Assembly (NCBI GenBank): GCA_951406725.2
Contig: OX597833.1
Coordinates: 31,000,001 to 31,064,000, forward strand
Direction of reading: 5' to 3'
Length of the DNA stretch: 64,000 bases
Origin: Octopus vulgaris
Taxonomy: Eukaryota
The notes under the pieces were generated by a model. It had not been told where the DNA came from. It searched no databases and was given only the letters and a program-made list of their open reading frames with translations. Position 1 is the stretch's first letter, and the number at the start of each line of letters is the position of its first letter. Positions 1 to 12,781 of this stretch are shown here, piece after piece. The position numbers were made by a program, and so were the translations under genes.

Positions 1-47
<47 letters not shown>

Positions 48-1559
48 TATATGTATTATATATATATATAATATAATATAAATATATATGTATGGGCAAC
101 AGACACGAACACACATAAACACACGTACGTACACCTATTGCATGTTTTGTGCATGCATACATGTTAATAAACAGAAATGAATAGAAAAAATTGTAGATTA
201 ACACTCGCACGATTTTCACTAAAGTATATATACTATGATTATAAAATATAGTTGTAAGAATTAGCACTTCCTTCTCTAAGCCTAGATTCGAAATCGAATC
301 CAAGAATCTTCGGTCGCCCAAACCACAGCAATCAAAGGCGCGAAAATAAGAATTGCTTTGTTCTGTCAAAAAGTGATTGATCATCTCCCTTTGACCTGCG
401 ATCCCAGCCATGTCAGGCTAAGTTCAACTGGACAAGTGCTGACCTAAATAGGCACTGTCTCTGCTGCAGTATGTCTGTTTTTCTAGCTGTCACAAATATT
501 ATAAATACAAGGGTGAATCAGAGTAGCGAATTATCGCAGCGGAGACGGGAGCAGACAGATGAAATAGGTCTATCTACGACTCAAGTTTTGGGCAGACGAC
601 AGAGACAGAGAGAAATGCTCAAAGTGCCGATCGACTACTGTTTCGAATGAAACACGCACACACACACAAACATATTCATTTCTAAAATGCGCTCTATTCA
701 AGCAACTCGTAGCAGTTGCCTACATTTGTATGTAGTGTACCTATAACCCTGTAAATAAATTCCTTTCAATCAAGAAACGGTTTATGTATTTGTTTACATA
801 CACACATAACCACTACATAGTGTCTTTCAAAAACAAAAAACAAAACATTTTACATTTTATTTTTTATGAACGTCATAACTTTCTCTCTCTCTCTCTTGTT
901 CTCTCACTTTGTCTTTCCCGTGAAACTCTCTACCTCCTTCTTCCACTTTTCTTTATCTTTTATTTTTTTTTGTTAGACGCCATCAAAAACGCTAAGGCTG
1001 ATATTTTTCGTGGCTAAAAGCTATGTCTGAAAATAGATGTTTACGCTATCCACGGGTGCCTTGGGGGAAAAAATAAGTTGTCAAACACCAGATAGGATGT
1101 TGACAAATGTCCTAAAATTTGAGCGACATGCGAGCTAATTTGTGGACATGCATAAATTACAATCACGTACACACACACACACGCACACATCCTCTCTTTT
1201 ATAGATATGATAATAAAGGTGGTGGTATAAACGACGGGGATAATGATTTGAATGGCGGATAGAAATATAAAGTCTTTTATTCTTTCGAAATAGAGCTTTC
1301 ATAGTTAAATTTCAAGTTTTACTTTGTAGAATATAACTGAAATTCATAATATACATACAATGGAACAAAAATAATAATAAACTAACCAGTTATACATGAC
1401 ACATGGAAATATACATAAATATATACAAGAATGTTAAATATTATACATAAATGCTAATCATATGTTTGTGCTTAAACTTACATCATTTAAAGTAGTTAAT
1501 TCAGTGAAAAAGAATATATTTTACAAAAACAAAAGAAAAAAAAGGAGAGAAACAAAAAC

Positions 1560-2250
1560 ATCAATGCAGCACAAAGTGCCTCAACCACAAGTTTCAACAG
1601 AATCTACTGAAGTAAGCTGACACACTCGCAGCATTACAATGGACAAAGGCGAGGCTGAGGTGTGGGAAAAGCCAAGCACCCTCGCAGGCATCACTTGCAA
1701 GCTGCCAACAACAACAAGAACTTTGTTGTTAGTGGCCCAGTCCCTCCAAACGTCTCAAACACTACAGGCTGGAAGAGATAGTTCATTGCAAGGTCCCAGC
1801 ACTTCAGGGTTTTGTTCCATTTGGATATGGAAGCAGTGGCCCTCCCATTTACCATAACATCCAGGGTATGTGAGGGATCAAAAGAGTCACAGACTGTGGC
1901 GTCCCAGATGAGGCACCTACCTCTTACCTAGGGAGAGAGAGTAAGACCATCTGGTCTCTTCCCATCATTTGCTGGATCCAGAACTGAGGGGATATTAATC
2001 CAAGCCAGGGCCCACTTAATGATTAAGTTTAGTTCAGTGTGATGAGTGAAACGACCAGCATTTAGACAACAAGACAGACCATGAAGATGTGTAGAGTTGA
2101 GGGGCCTACCACAGCGATATCTCAGTGCCCTACAGATGTCAGCTCCCACTCTGAGTGTGATTGAAATGCAGAGCTTATCTACACTGAGAAGACCTCCGAT
2201 ATTGGCCACAGACCTCGAGAATTTTGCACTGTAAGAGATGAGGATAATAA
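1560..2250 (-). mobile_element. CRE-clade non-LTR retrotransposon, 3' fragment (Zn knuckle plus restriction-like endonuclease), decayed
   Basis: Translation LRVGADIC...CG...HGLSC...RFTHHTELNLIIKWAL...DGKRPDGLTLSP*..GRCLIWDATVCDS matches the CCHC + RPDG...WDxT RLE signature of CRE elements; stops present. Confidence 0.8.
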
Positions 2251-2309
2251 AGATTAATTTATGGAAAATAGAAATGGCAGATGTTGACAATGATAAGAAT
2301 GGTGATGAT

Positions 2310-2500
2310 GATTTGTTTCACTCATTAGACAGTGGCCATGCTGGAGTACCACCTTGGGGAATTTTTAGTGGAATGAATCGACTCCAGTACTATTTTTTTC
2401 TCTAAGCCTGGTACTTATTGTATCGGTCTCTTTTGCCAAACCACTAAATTACGGGGATGTAAACACTCCAACGTCAATTGTCAAGTGATGGTGGAGGTCA
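2310..2500. mobile_element. Cephalopod SINE fragment
   Basis: Shares ttgtttcagtcatt..gccatgctggagcaccac.. with copies at 29620-29783 and 62565-62645. Confidence 0.7.
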
Positions 2501-3599
2501 GACACCACATCGCACACACACACACACATCCGTAGCCCAAGGCACCACATAGTGGGACTGAACGCGGAGTTTTGTTTCGTGGGTTTTATTTTTCTTCTCC
2601 ATGCTTTCAACAAATGTGACACCAAAATCATGCATAAACAGCTCCATCCCCCAGAAAAGGAAAGATTTGGCTGCTATTTCTTGCACACCCTGCTACCATG
2701 TAACAAGTTTTTGTATTTTGGGTCCTTAATCACAATTAGCTGTTATGTTTGGAGGTGAGATACATTGAATGGACTCGAAAAAATCCTATGGAAAAAAATT
2801 TTTTCACACAGAGGTTATGAACGGGTCTTTTATGAAATATTTAGCGTATTTTAAAGTCATTTTCACTTTAAGATATTTTTTAAATATGCCAAAAAAAAAT
2901 TTTGTAATGGTATTCACTTGAAAATAATTTTAAAAAACATAAAAACATTGTCTGTTTAAAGAAAGCTAAAATATAAATACTTACAGTACAAACAATTTTG
3001 AAGTCACATCTAAAAATATTTCTAAATGATTAAAATATTGTGTTTAACAAAAACGAAAATAATAGAAACATTTACTGTAAAAAAAAATCGTATTTTTTCG
3101 TTGTCAACTGTGTTCTAATCGAAAGGTAAGAATTTCTTCCCTTTCAGCGTTAAGTTATTTTCGGAGTATTTTCCCATTATGCACCATTTTGGGTACTTAT
3201 AACCCCCAGAACTCCTAATGTCTCAACAACTAGTTGTCCGATTTATGCAAAACTTGTTTCATTCCGTTCGTATTAACAGAAAGACAGAGAAAAGGAAAAC
3301 GTCTCCATTGCAAGCCATGCTAGTGTTTCAAAGACAACCTTAAAGACACTTAAAAAGATCAATCTATACTATAATGGAGAAAGCTGATTATCAATTAGGT
3401 ATGTAGCAATTACTAAAAGTACTAAAAGAAAGTAATATTAAAAGCTTGACTGTCTGGAAATATCTTTATAAATTCATGTTCTAAGAAATTTCCTATAATT
3501 TCGATTTTTTAACTCTAAAGAATATGTAACTGAAAAGGAAAATTTAGCAGCAAAGACACAATGACAGAGAAAAAGACAGGCAGCTGAATCAGATGAAAC

Positions 3600-5094
3600 C
3601 AGAACAAAGTGACTGAAACAGATGTCTGAATATGCATGGAGATGTAGACATGATTCTGTTTCCGCTAAATATTCTACTTCAAAATAATGGTGTCAGATTA
3701 CAAATTGTTGATGCAACACTAAAGAGATCTTTTCTTTGGGATCATGTGGATGTAGTGGATTTGACAACCAATCTAAGACTTCTTACAGAAGGTTGTTCTG
3801 ATGGAAGACAGTTTCCTAATTACCTTCTTGATGTAGGAAATAGTGACATTTCTGTTGAACTAGCCTAGGTGGATTCAAAATCAAACTACCCAATGACCTT
3901 TACCTTGAAAGTGGTACTCTTTCAGATCTATGTGATTTTGTATATGCTGACCTCAAAAATAATTTCACAAACCCTGTGTGGCTTGCAAATAGAACCATTG
4001 TTACTCCAACAAATGAAGCAGCACAATTTGTGGATGATTTTCTGTTGACTAGGATCCTTGGTGAGCTAAAAATATACAGAAGCTTAGATACAGTTGATAA
4101 TAAAACTCTGTACCTAATCGTGTTTATCAACAAACTTACACTATCAGAGTTTCTACCATACATTCTCAAAATGAAGAAAAAATTATGCATAATGCTTCTG
4201 AGAAATTTAGAATGGACATTGCAATGGCACACGCTACATCATTGTCAGTTTACATGATCATGTTATTGAAGCTGAGGTTGCCTCTGGTCCTTATGCAGGA
4301 ACAACTCTGCTAATCCCAAGAATACCACATGAATCTAAAGAAATGGAATTTCCATTCACATTTTCATGCTAACAATTTCCTGTCAAGCCAGCTTTCGCCT
4401 TTACATGCAACAAGGCACAGGAACAGACTTTTGAACAAATCAGAATATATCTTCCAACACAATTCTTCTCACATGGTCAGCTGTATGTTACATTATCTAG
4501 AGTTTGAAAGAAGGCTAATGTAAAAATATTGGCTGAGAGAAATGGAAACAGTATGATTACTGATAATTGTGTCTACAAGGAGCGTGATCATTGACAGAGC
4601 GGCTAACCGGCTTCCATGCCAGTGGCACTTAGAGGCCACCATTTGAGCATGATCATTACCAGCGTCGCCTTACTGGCACTTGTGCCCATGCTAGTAGGGT
4701 GCCAAGTGCACCATCCGAGCGTGATCGTTGCCAGAGCAGCCAACTGGCTTCCGTGCCAGTGGCACGTAAAAGGGCACCATTCGAGTGTGATCGTTACCAG
4801 CATCACCTTACTGGCACCTGCTGGTGGCAAGTGTTAAAGGATTCGAGCAAGGTCGTTGCCAGTACCGCCTGACTGGCCCCCGTGCCGGTGGCACGTAAAA
4901 AGCATCCACCACACTCTCGCAGTGGTTGGCATTAGGAAGGGCATCCAGCTGTAGAAACTCTGCCAAATCAAGATTGGAGCCTGGTGCAGCCATCTGGTTC
5001 GCCAGCCCTCTGTCAAAATCGTCCAACCCATGCTAGCATGGAAAGCGGACGTTAAACGATGATGATGATGATGATGAAGGAGATACTACTTTAA
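3600..5094 (+). mobile_element. Helitron RepHel C-terminal Pif1-family helicase, decayed and split by a retroelement insertion
   Basis: Fragments NRTIVTPTNE, IMLLRNL..CNGTR, IPRIP, QFPVKPAFAFTCNKAQEQT, FSHGQLYVTLSRV and the terminal NCVYKE|ILL* are classic Helitron helicase motifs; many frameshifts. Confidence 0.9.
4583..5076 (+). mobile_element. RTE-related 3' fragment/SINE with (GAT)n tail and 6-bp TSD
   Basis: Ends catgctagcatggaaagcggacgttaaac(gat)n. Flanked by AAGGAG at 4577-4582 and 5077-5082. Same 3' end as the RTE at 9084-10607. Confidence 0.85.
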
Positions 5095-5362
5095 AGCAAA
5101 ATATGCTTTATAGCAAGTTTCAGCAAATAGAATTAACATAAATTATATGTAAAGTAACATATATTTGTGAAGAATTAAATTGTTTTGGCATATTTCAACA
5201 CATGCCAGATGAATGAAATCATTATATTAGATCATTTTAAATTTGGGTATATTTGAAAAAGTAAGGAACTGCCATTCCCATGTGTTCTCAAAGCACCAGA
5301 CTTTTGTTTGTGTGTGTTATGTGTGTGTGTGTGTGTGTGCATCTTGTCCATCTAGTTGTCTG

Positions 5363-5472
<110 letters not shown>

Positions 5473-5531
5473 TCTTTTTATCTATTTATGCACACCTATG
5501 TAAGTTCTACCAATTATTAATGATAAATATA

Positions 5532-6757
5532 CTGAGTGCATAAAGTATTTGAGGGCATACCTTTTTTGAGTCATTGCTGCATATTTTGCTAACTCTGTAT
5601 AATCTGTTTCAGAAAATAATAATGGCAGACCCTCAGCTTACTCAAGAAATGAAGAGGTATGCTGTTATTATGGTTATAAAGGCTGAGCATAGAGATTTAG
5701 AATTATCTCGTTGCCAGATCTTTCATCTACAGAGTTTGTAAGGAGTTAGAGATTGGAGATGGAAATGTAACACCAGTATCAAACTATAAAAAGCATTCTA
5801 AATGCTCTGAAATCATCAGAACACTTGAATTTATCAGCAAGTTCAACAGACCATTGTTTACAGTCCCAGAAAGTCCATGAGGTCAATTGGAAAAGATCTC
5901 CATGTTTCAGAAGGAACAGTCAGAAATGTTGACATCAGATATAAGACATCAGATATAAGTCTTATATGATGAAGAAAGGTAAATTTTTCAGAAAAAGTAG
6001 AAGAAAATCACTACATCAGATGTAAAAGGCTCTTAAATAAACTGGAAAATCCAGCAGCAGAAGATTTGATTTGGTTTTTCTCAAACAAGAAAAACTTCGA
6101 CCAAGATCAAAACGTTAATAGAAAAAATGAAGTTCCAAATGTTATGCATACAAAATTTCCTGCAACTGTCATGGTGTTAGGGGTTGTCAGCAATGAACGA
6201 CATGTGATGCCTCTTTACTTCTTTACATGAGGCCTTAGAGTTAAGTCTGCTGCCTACATTGCAGTCCTGGAAACAATTGTTAACCCTGAATAGACAATGT
6301 ATGCAAATGGAAGGCCATATGTGTTTCAGTAAAACTCTGCACTATCACACATGGCTCTAGTAACACAGGAATGGATGGCTGAAAATGTTTATGCTCACAT
6401 AAACCCTAACGTTTGGTCTCCTAATTCTCCAGATCTCAATCCATTGGACTATTATATGTGGAGTGTTGTTGAGAGAGAGGTCAATGAACACGCCCATAAC
6501 ACCAAAAATTCTTTGAAAGCTGCCATACTTAGAGTAATGTCCAAAATGAACCAGAACCACTTGATTCAAGCAAGTAGAGTATTTAGATCACATATAGAAG
6601 CAGTTGTTGAAGCTGAAGGTGGCTTTATTGAATAACATAGAAAAGAAGGTTTATTTGTATTTTCGTAGTATTTTTTGATAAATAAAGTTATTATCTGTTA
6701 TTATGTATCTGTTTTTTTATAAACATAAATCTGTTCTCAAATATCTTATCCATCCTG
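5532..6757 (+). mobile_element. Tc1/mariner (maT/DD37D-like) DNA transposon, decayed
   Basis: ORF 6351-6635 WSPNSPDLNPLDYYMW...VVEAEGGFIE; upstream MVLGVVS motif; imperfect TIRs ctgagtgcataaagtatttgag / ctcaaatatcttatccatcctg flanked by TA. Confidence 0.85.
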
Positions 6758-6829
6758 TATATAACAGATTGACTCAGCTATATATCTACATCTAAATTTC
6801 TGTGATGTCTGTTAGTTAGCCATACTCTA

Positions 6830-8010
6830 AGGAATATAGATAACACTAATCTATCCCACCCTTACTTAAATAAGAAATTCAAAAGTAAAAATATCATATG
6901 GCTGAATATACCTTCCAACTGTGCAATATCTATAAATATATATAGCAAATTTAAGTCCATATTAGAAACAAACTTCCCTACTTCCCATAAATATAATGAA
7001 ATATTTTCTCATAAAACAATATTAAACTAGCCAGAAATGTTGGAAATATTTCTGGCTAGTTAACAACAACAACAACAACAACAACAATAATAATATTAAT
7101 AATAATAATAATAATAATATAAACAATAATTATAATAATAATAATATCAATAATAACATTAATAATGAGAATGATACTAACAATAATTAATAGAAATAAA
7201 AATGAAAATGATAGAAATAAAAATAATAATTATATGAATAGAAATAGAAATAATAATAATATTTCTACTAACCAAGACTTAAACACCTATAATGAAAATA
7301 ATATTATTGAAATTGACGAGGTGCATGATATAAATGATATTAGGATCAATAATATATATGTTACTGAATACAGTTCCAGTACGTATGCGCACATAGATAC
7401 TACTTGTATATCTGATGGTAATAAAATACACTTATATGATAAGAGAGTAGAGGAAAAATTAGAAACTAATAGTCAAAACTATAACTTACCTAATAATATA
7501 ATTATAGAAAATGATAATACTATTAATGTTAATAATGGTTTTAATAATAATAATAAAAGCAACTTGTTTCCAAATAATACTAATATCAAAAATCATTCCC
7601 CTAGTTGTAATTGTAGAACCAAGTCCCACTGTCCAGTATCTGGTCAGTGTCTGGTCCAAGACGTAGTATATAAATGTACAGTAATGACTTCAACTAATAA
7701 CTATATTTACCTCTGAAGAAACGTATAAACAATCACAATTCATCCTTTAGACTTAAACATAAGGCAAGTTGCACAACATTATCTAATAAAATTTGGGAGT
7801 TAAAAGAAAATAAAATTAGATTTAGCCTTAAATGGAGCATAGTAAGAAGGGCACAGCCTTATAAAAATAGTAGAGATGGATGTGAGCTTTGCTTTATGGA
7901 GATATATGAAATTTTGAAACATAGGGATAATGTAAACTTATAAAATAACCGTTTTGAATTTGGAATATCATGTATACATTGTACTACCCGTACCTTTAAA
8001 TATTTTTAAA
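6830..8010 (+). mobile_element. Penelope-like element C-terminus: Asn-rich linker plus GIY-YIG endonuclease, decayed
   Basis: CNCRTKSHCPVSGQCLVQDVVYKCTV..YIY, then NHNSSFR, LSNKIWELK, WSIVRRAQPY, CELCFME: typical Penelope/Poseidon endonuclease region. Confidence 0.85.
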
Positions 8011-9083
8011 AATAGCATTCTGTTATTCCTAAATTTTAGATCTTAATGTGTTTTAAAAATCAATAAGGAAATAGCATACCATGCTACTTTTTAGTATTTA
8101 ATAAGCAATAGTTATTAAGGAAATTTAATAACATAAGCAAATTGAATAAAATTTTTTAAATTTCTATAATTATTACATAAATTCTATATATCTAATGAAG
8201 TTATTAAGTTGTATACTTACTCCACAATAAGTTTTAAAGATTTGGTAATTTTCATATCTATTTCTGCGAGAATTCTACTCCACCTAATCCTTTTTGATAT
8301 TATAAATATTACGTCTAATAAGCCTAAATTATTATACCCCCTATAACTACACTTCACTCTTAATACAAAATATAAGATTCCCATATAAATTAAATAATTC
8401 TAGTTTCATTTTAAAATTTACATTTTGGTTACCTCCCTTCCATTGTATTTTAGGGATTTTGGTATGCGAATCAATTAATGCCTTATTTTCTGAGAATCTT
8501 CTCATAAAAATATTTTCTAAATCTCCTTAATTAATATTTAAAACCTGATAAAAAATAGATATAATATCTAAGTTACTTGGTTTCTATTTCTCTAAAACAA
8601 CTCTACCTTCATGTATTAGAAAGCTTTATAAATAGATTATAAATAAATAAGTGAATAACGTTTTATAAGTACCAATTAATAATTATAAATTATCATATAA
8701 GGAATAATAATAGCATTTTCTTAAATCTATAATAGAACCCAAAATTTTATATAAGTTTTATTAATAATATAATTTTTGCCAAATAACTTGATCATTTCTT
8801 TATCCAATATTAAACACTAGTCATTTATGACAATTCCCATGATAAGTAAATATTAATTTTAGTCTAAAAATGATAGAATTATAAGAAAATTTCTTCTAAC
8901 AACTTACCTCACCTATTAATATAAATAAACTAGGTATATTTTATAATAAGATTTTAGAGCATAAATCTGTCTACCCCTTGTCTATAATATTCTACAGGAA
9001 GTTATATTTATTTTTCATTATACTCATTTACATTTCTTTATTTTAATTTTAAACCATTTTTTCTTACTTATTAACTCGCTATA

Positions 9084-10607
9084 TCATCATCATCGTTTAA
9101 CGTTCGTTTTCCATGCTAGCACGGATTGGATGGTTCGACTGGGGTCTAGGAAGCCAGGAGGCTGCACCAGGCTCCAGTTTGATCTGGCAGTGTTTCTACA
9201 GCTGGATGCCCTTCCTAACACCAACCACTCCGTGAGTGTAGTGGGTGCTTTTTACGTGCCAGGGGAGGCTGGAAGCATCCACGATCAGTTGGTGCTTTTT
9301 ACATGCCACTGGCACAGAAGCCAGTCAAGGTGGCGCTGGCATCAGCCATGTTCGGATGGTGCTTTTTACGTGCCACCAGCACAGGTATCACAACTACTAT
9401 TTCCATTTGATATTTATTTCGATGTTGATGTACTTGACTCAATAGGTCTCCTCAAGCACAGCAGGTCATGTACCACCGGCACAGAAGCCAGTCACGGCGG
9501 TGCTGGCATCGGCCACGTTCAGATGGTGCTTTTTACGTGCTGCCGGCACAGGTATCATAACTACAATTTCCATTTGATATTTATTTTGATATTGATGTAC
9601 TTGACTCAATAGGTCTCCCCAAGCACAGCAGGTCACTCTACGATCCAAGGTAAGCACAGCAGGTCGTTCTGCAATCCAAGGTACTTTGAATGGGTTGGGG
9701 CTATGCGAAACTGGTGCAGGAAGCAGCCCGGATCTTTGCAGTCACAGCATATCTCCAGAGATCTCGGTCCTTCGTCATTGCCTCTGTGAGGCCCAACGCT
9801 CGGAGGTCATGCTTGACTACCTCATCCCATGTCTTCCTAGGTCTACCTCACCCCCTGATACCTTCAACTGTTTGGGTGTGGCACTTCTTCACACATCTCT
9901 CCTCATCCATCCGCAGTACATGACCATACCATCGCAAGCATCTCTCTTGCACACCACATCTGATGCTTCTTATGTCCAACATTTCTCTCAGGGCACTTAC
10001 ACTCTGTCATGTGTGCACACTGACATTACACATCCAGCGGATCATGCTAGCTTCATTTTTTTCAAGTCTATACATGTCCTCTGCAGTCACAGACCATGTT
10101 TCACTACCGTGAAGCATGGCGGTTCGCACACATGCATCATACAATCTAACTTTCACTCTGAGCAAGAGACCCTTTGTCACCAGTAGGGGTAGGAGCTTTC
10201 TAAACTTTGCCCAGGCTATTCGTATTCTAAGTGGTGACACTCTCTGAGCATCCACCTCTACTACTTACTTGGTCACCTAGGTAGTGGAAACTATCAACTA
10301 CTTCTAGTTTCTCCCCCTGGAGTGTGATGGAATCTGTTTCCTGAGTATCTGTGGTGTCAATTGCCCCTGTGCATCTGCCGCACATGAAAGCTATCTTATC
10401 AGTTAATTTTCCTTTGATGTTGCTGCACCTCTTATGCGTCCATAGCTTACACTGGGTACATCTTATGGAGTTTCTACCTACACCTTTCCTACAGATCGAG
10501 CAGGGCCACCTGCCTGAGGGTGTGTGTGATGAGTTCGCCTTTCTGCTTACTATAACTTTGGTCTTTACTACATTTACTCTAAGGCCCTTTGATTCTAAGC
10601 CTTGCTT
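9084..10607 (-). mobile_element. RTE-clade LINE, 5'-truncated, with (GAT)n tail
   Basis: Minus-strand RIRIAWAKFRKLLPLL..LYDACVRTAMLHGSETW, FHYLG, and a CSICRKGVGRNSIRC Cys-rich insert. Tail reads (atc)n on the + strand at 9083-9094. Confidence 0.9.
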
Positions 10608-11318
10608 ATTTATAATATATTTCAGTAGATTTCATACTCAACCTATACAGAACCATACTGATATATTTCACTATTTATTTTATAATACATGAAATATGTT
10701 CTAAGATTATTAGCATATAGAAAATATATACATTTTTAACATATTCCTTTAATTTAACTTATTAATACCAAAAATTACTATTTACTAATTAACTATAAAT
10801 ATATGTTAGGTTAGTATAGAAATTTATATAGATATTGAATTATTTCTATATTTTCCATCCCTATATTGTGTAAAATACTGAAATTATTCTGATTTTTTGT
10901 TTGTAGAAAAAACTCTCTAAAATGTACCTATGTATTTCAAACTATCACTGAGTTTATGGCTGTCAAATTGTTAAGTATTATAAGTTTTACTCTCCCTACC
11001 CCATCAGCTTTAGCCTGCAAATTTGGCTTACTGAACCAAATGGTTCTCACTTCAAAAAAATCTTTATGACTCTCTTCTTACTCTATCCATAAAAGATAGA
11101 TTCTAGTTTTCATTAGACTTGATAAACTAGTCTATAAATTAGAATAACCCCCCCACACACAGTAGTACATCTAAATAACAAAATAAGCAGTGTCTTCCTG
11201 TGAAAAGATATCAGTTACAACTATGATGTTGTTGATGAAACATGTTCTCTGTCTTTGATTTTGGTTAATAGAATAACTACAAATGAATCCTTTGAATTTA
11301 ACTAAATTCTATATTTTT

Positions 11319-11408
11319 ATGCAGCTGAAGATTGCTCTACATTTTAAACCTGATGTAAGATATGCATTGTTCAATTAAATGGAGTCACATGAAACGATCG
11401 TACTGCAT
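11319..11408 (+). ncRNA. Type I hammerhead ribozyme motif (Penelope pLTR type)
   Basis: Stem I ATGCAG/CTGCAT, core CTGAAGA (11325-11331), long imperfect stem II, GAAAC-GATC-GTA with palindromic ACGATCGT stem III; predicted cleavage after GUA at 11402. Confidence 0.75.
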
Positions 11409-11688
11409 TACCTCTGGATATCCTTGTTGCTTATTTTGATTATATATATATTTTTATATATTTAATCAATATAGGGTGGCAAAAAAAATTTTGTAGAATT
11501 CTTTTGCCACCAGCGGCCTAGTAGGAAAAAATTAAAATAGTCATAGACCATTTTTAAGTTTAACATCAACAATAAAGGAACGGCCATAATAGGCCATTCA
11601 CCCACTAGAAATAACAGCCAAAGCTTCAACCGCAAATAAAAGTCAATTCAGTAAACCAGGAGAAAATTTAAAAAACATTTACCCTGTA

Positions 11689-11795
11689 ATTTCTTATACG
11701 ATATACCGTTTCATCTGCTGATTAATGGTAAACTAACCTGATTAAATTAAATCAAGCCAATCTTCCACAGGCCCTCAGATTCCTCAGTAAGAAAT
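11689..11795 (-). ncRNA. Type I hammerhead ribozyme, unit 1
   Basis: Minus strand: ATTTCTTA-CTGAGGA-ATCTG[extended hairpin]CAGAT-GAAA-CG-GTATAT-CG-TA-TAAGAAAT. Stem I 8 bp, intact core, GUA cleavage triplet. Confidence 0.88.
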
Positions 11796-12181
11796 AGCCC
11801 AAGACGGAACAGATATTTTCACGAGGCATTTCCGACGTTGCCAAGTTAATATCTGACCTAAAATTTTCAAATCGTCGCACTCGCCCAAATTTATCGGCAG
11901 CAAATAAATATAAGCCGTCGATTCCATTACGGAATTAACCAGAAAATTCATAATTAATCAATATAGGGTGGCAAAAAAAATTTTGTAGAATTCTTTTGCC
12001 ACCAGCGGCCTAGTAGGAAAAAATTAAAATAGTCATAGACCATTTTTAAGTTTAACATCAACAATAAAGGAACGGCCATAATAGGCCATTCACCCACTAG
12101 AAATAACAGCCAAAGCTTCAACCGCAAATAAAAGTCAATTCAGTAAACCAGGAGAAAATTTAAAAAAACATTTACCCTGTA

Positions 12182-12288
12182 ATTTCTTATACGATATACC
12201 GTTTCATCTGCTGATTAATGGTAAACTAACCTGATTAAATTAAATCAAGCCAATCTTCCACAGGCCCTCAGATTCCTCAGTAAGAAAT
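12182..12288 (-). ncRNA. Type I hammerhead ribozyme, unit 2
   Basis: Identical motif 493 bp from the unit 1 copy. Confidence 0.88.
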
Positions 12289-12674
12289 AGCCCAAGACGG
12301 AACAGATATTTTCACGAGGCATTTCCGACGTTGCCAAGTTAATATCTGACCTAAAATTTTCAAATCGTCGCACTCGCGCCAAATTTATCGGCAGCAAATA
12401 AATATAAGCCGTCGATTCCATTACGGAATTAACCAGAAAATTCATAATTAATCAATATAGGGTGGCAAAAAAAATTTTGTAGAATTCTTTTGCCACCAGC
12501 GGCCTAGTAGGAAAAAATTAAAATAGTCATAGACCATTTTTAAGTTTAACATCAACAATAAAGGAACGGCCATAATAGGCCATTCACCCACTAGAAATAA
12601 CAGCCAAAGCTTCAACCGCAAATAAAAGTCAATTCAGTAAACCAGGAGAAAATTTAAAAAACATTTACCCTGTA

Positions 12675-12781
12675 ATTTCTTATACGATATACCGTTTCAT
12701 CTGCTGATTAATGGTAAACTAACCTGATTAAATTAAATCAAGCCAATCTTCCACAGGCCCTCAGATTCCTCAGTAAGAAAT
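12675..12781 (-). ncRNA. Type I hammerhead ribozyme, unit 3
   Basis: Identical motif 493 bp from the unit 2 copy. Confidence 0.88.

Noticed and set aside
3600-4580. Host PIF1 helicase gene
   Set aside because: Intronless, frameshifted and ends with the Helitron-type VYKEIL terminus; transposon-derived.
12245-12445. 66-aa ORF in the 493-bp unit
   Set aside because: Listed for only one unit (a 2-nt difference shifts the frame in unit 1), no recognisable domain, and it overlaps the ribozyme.
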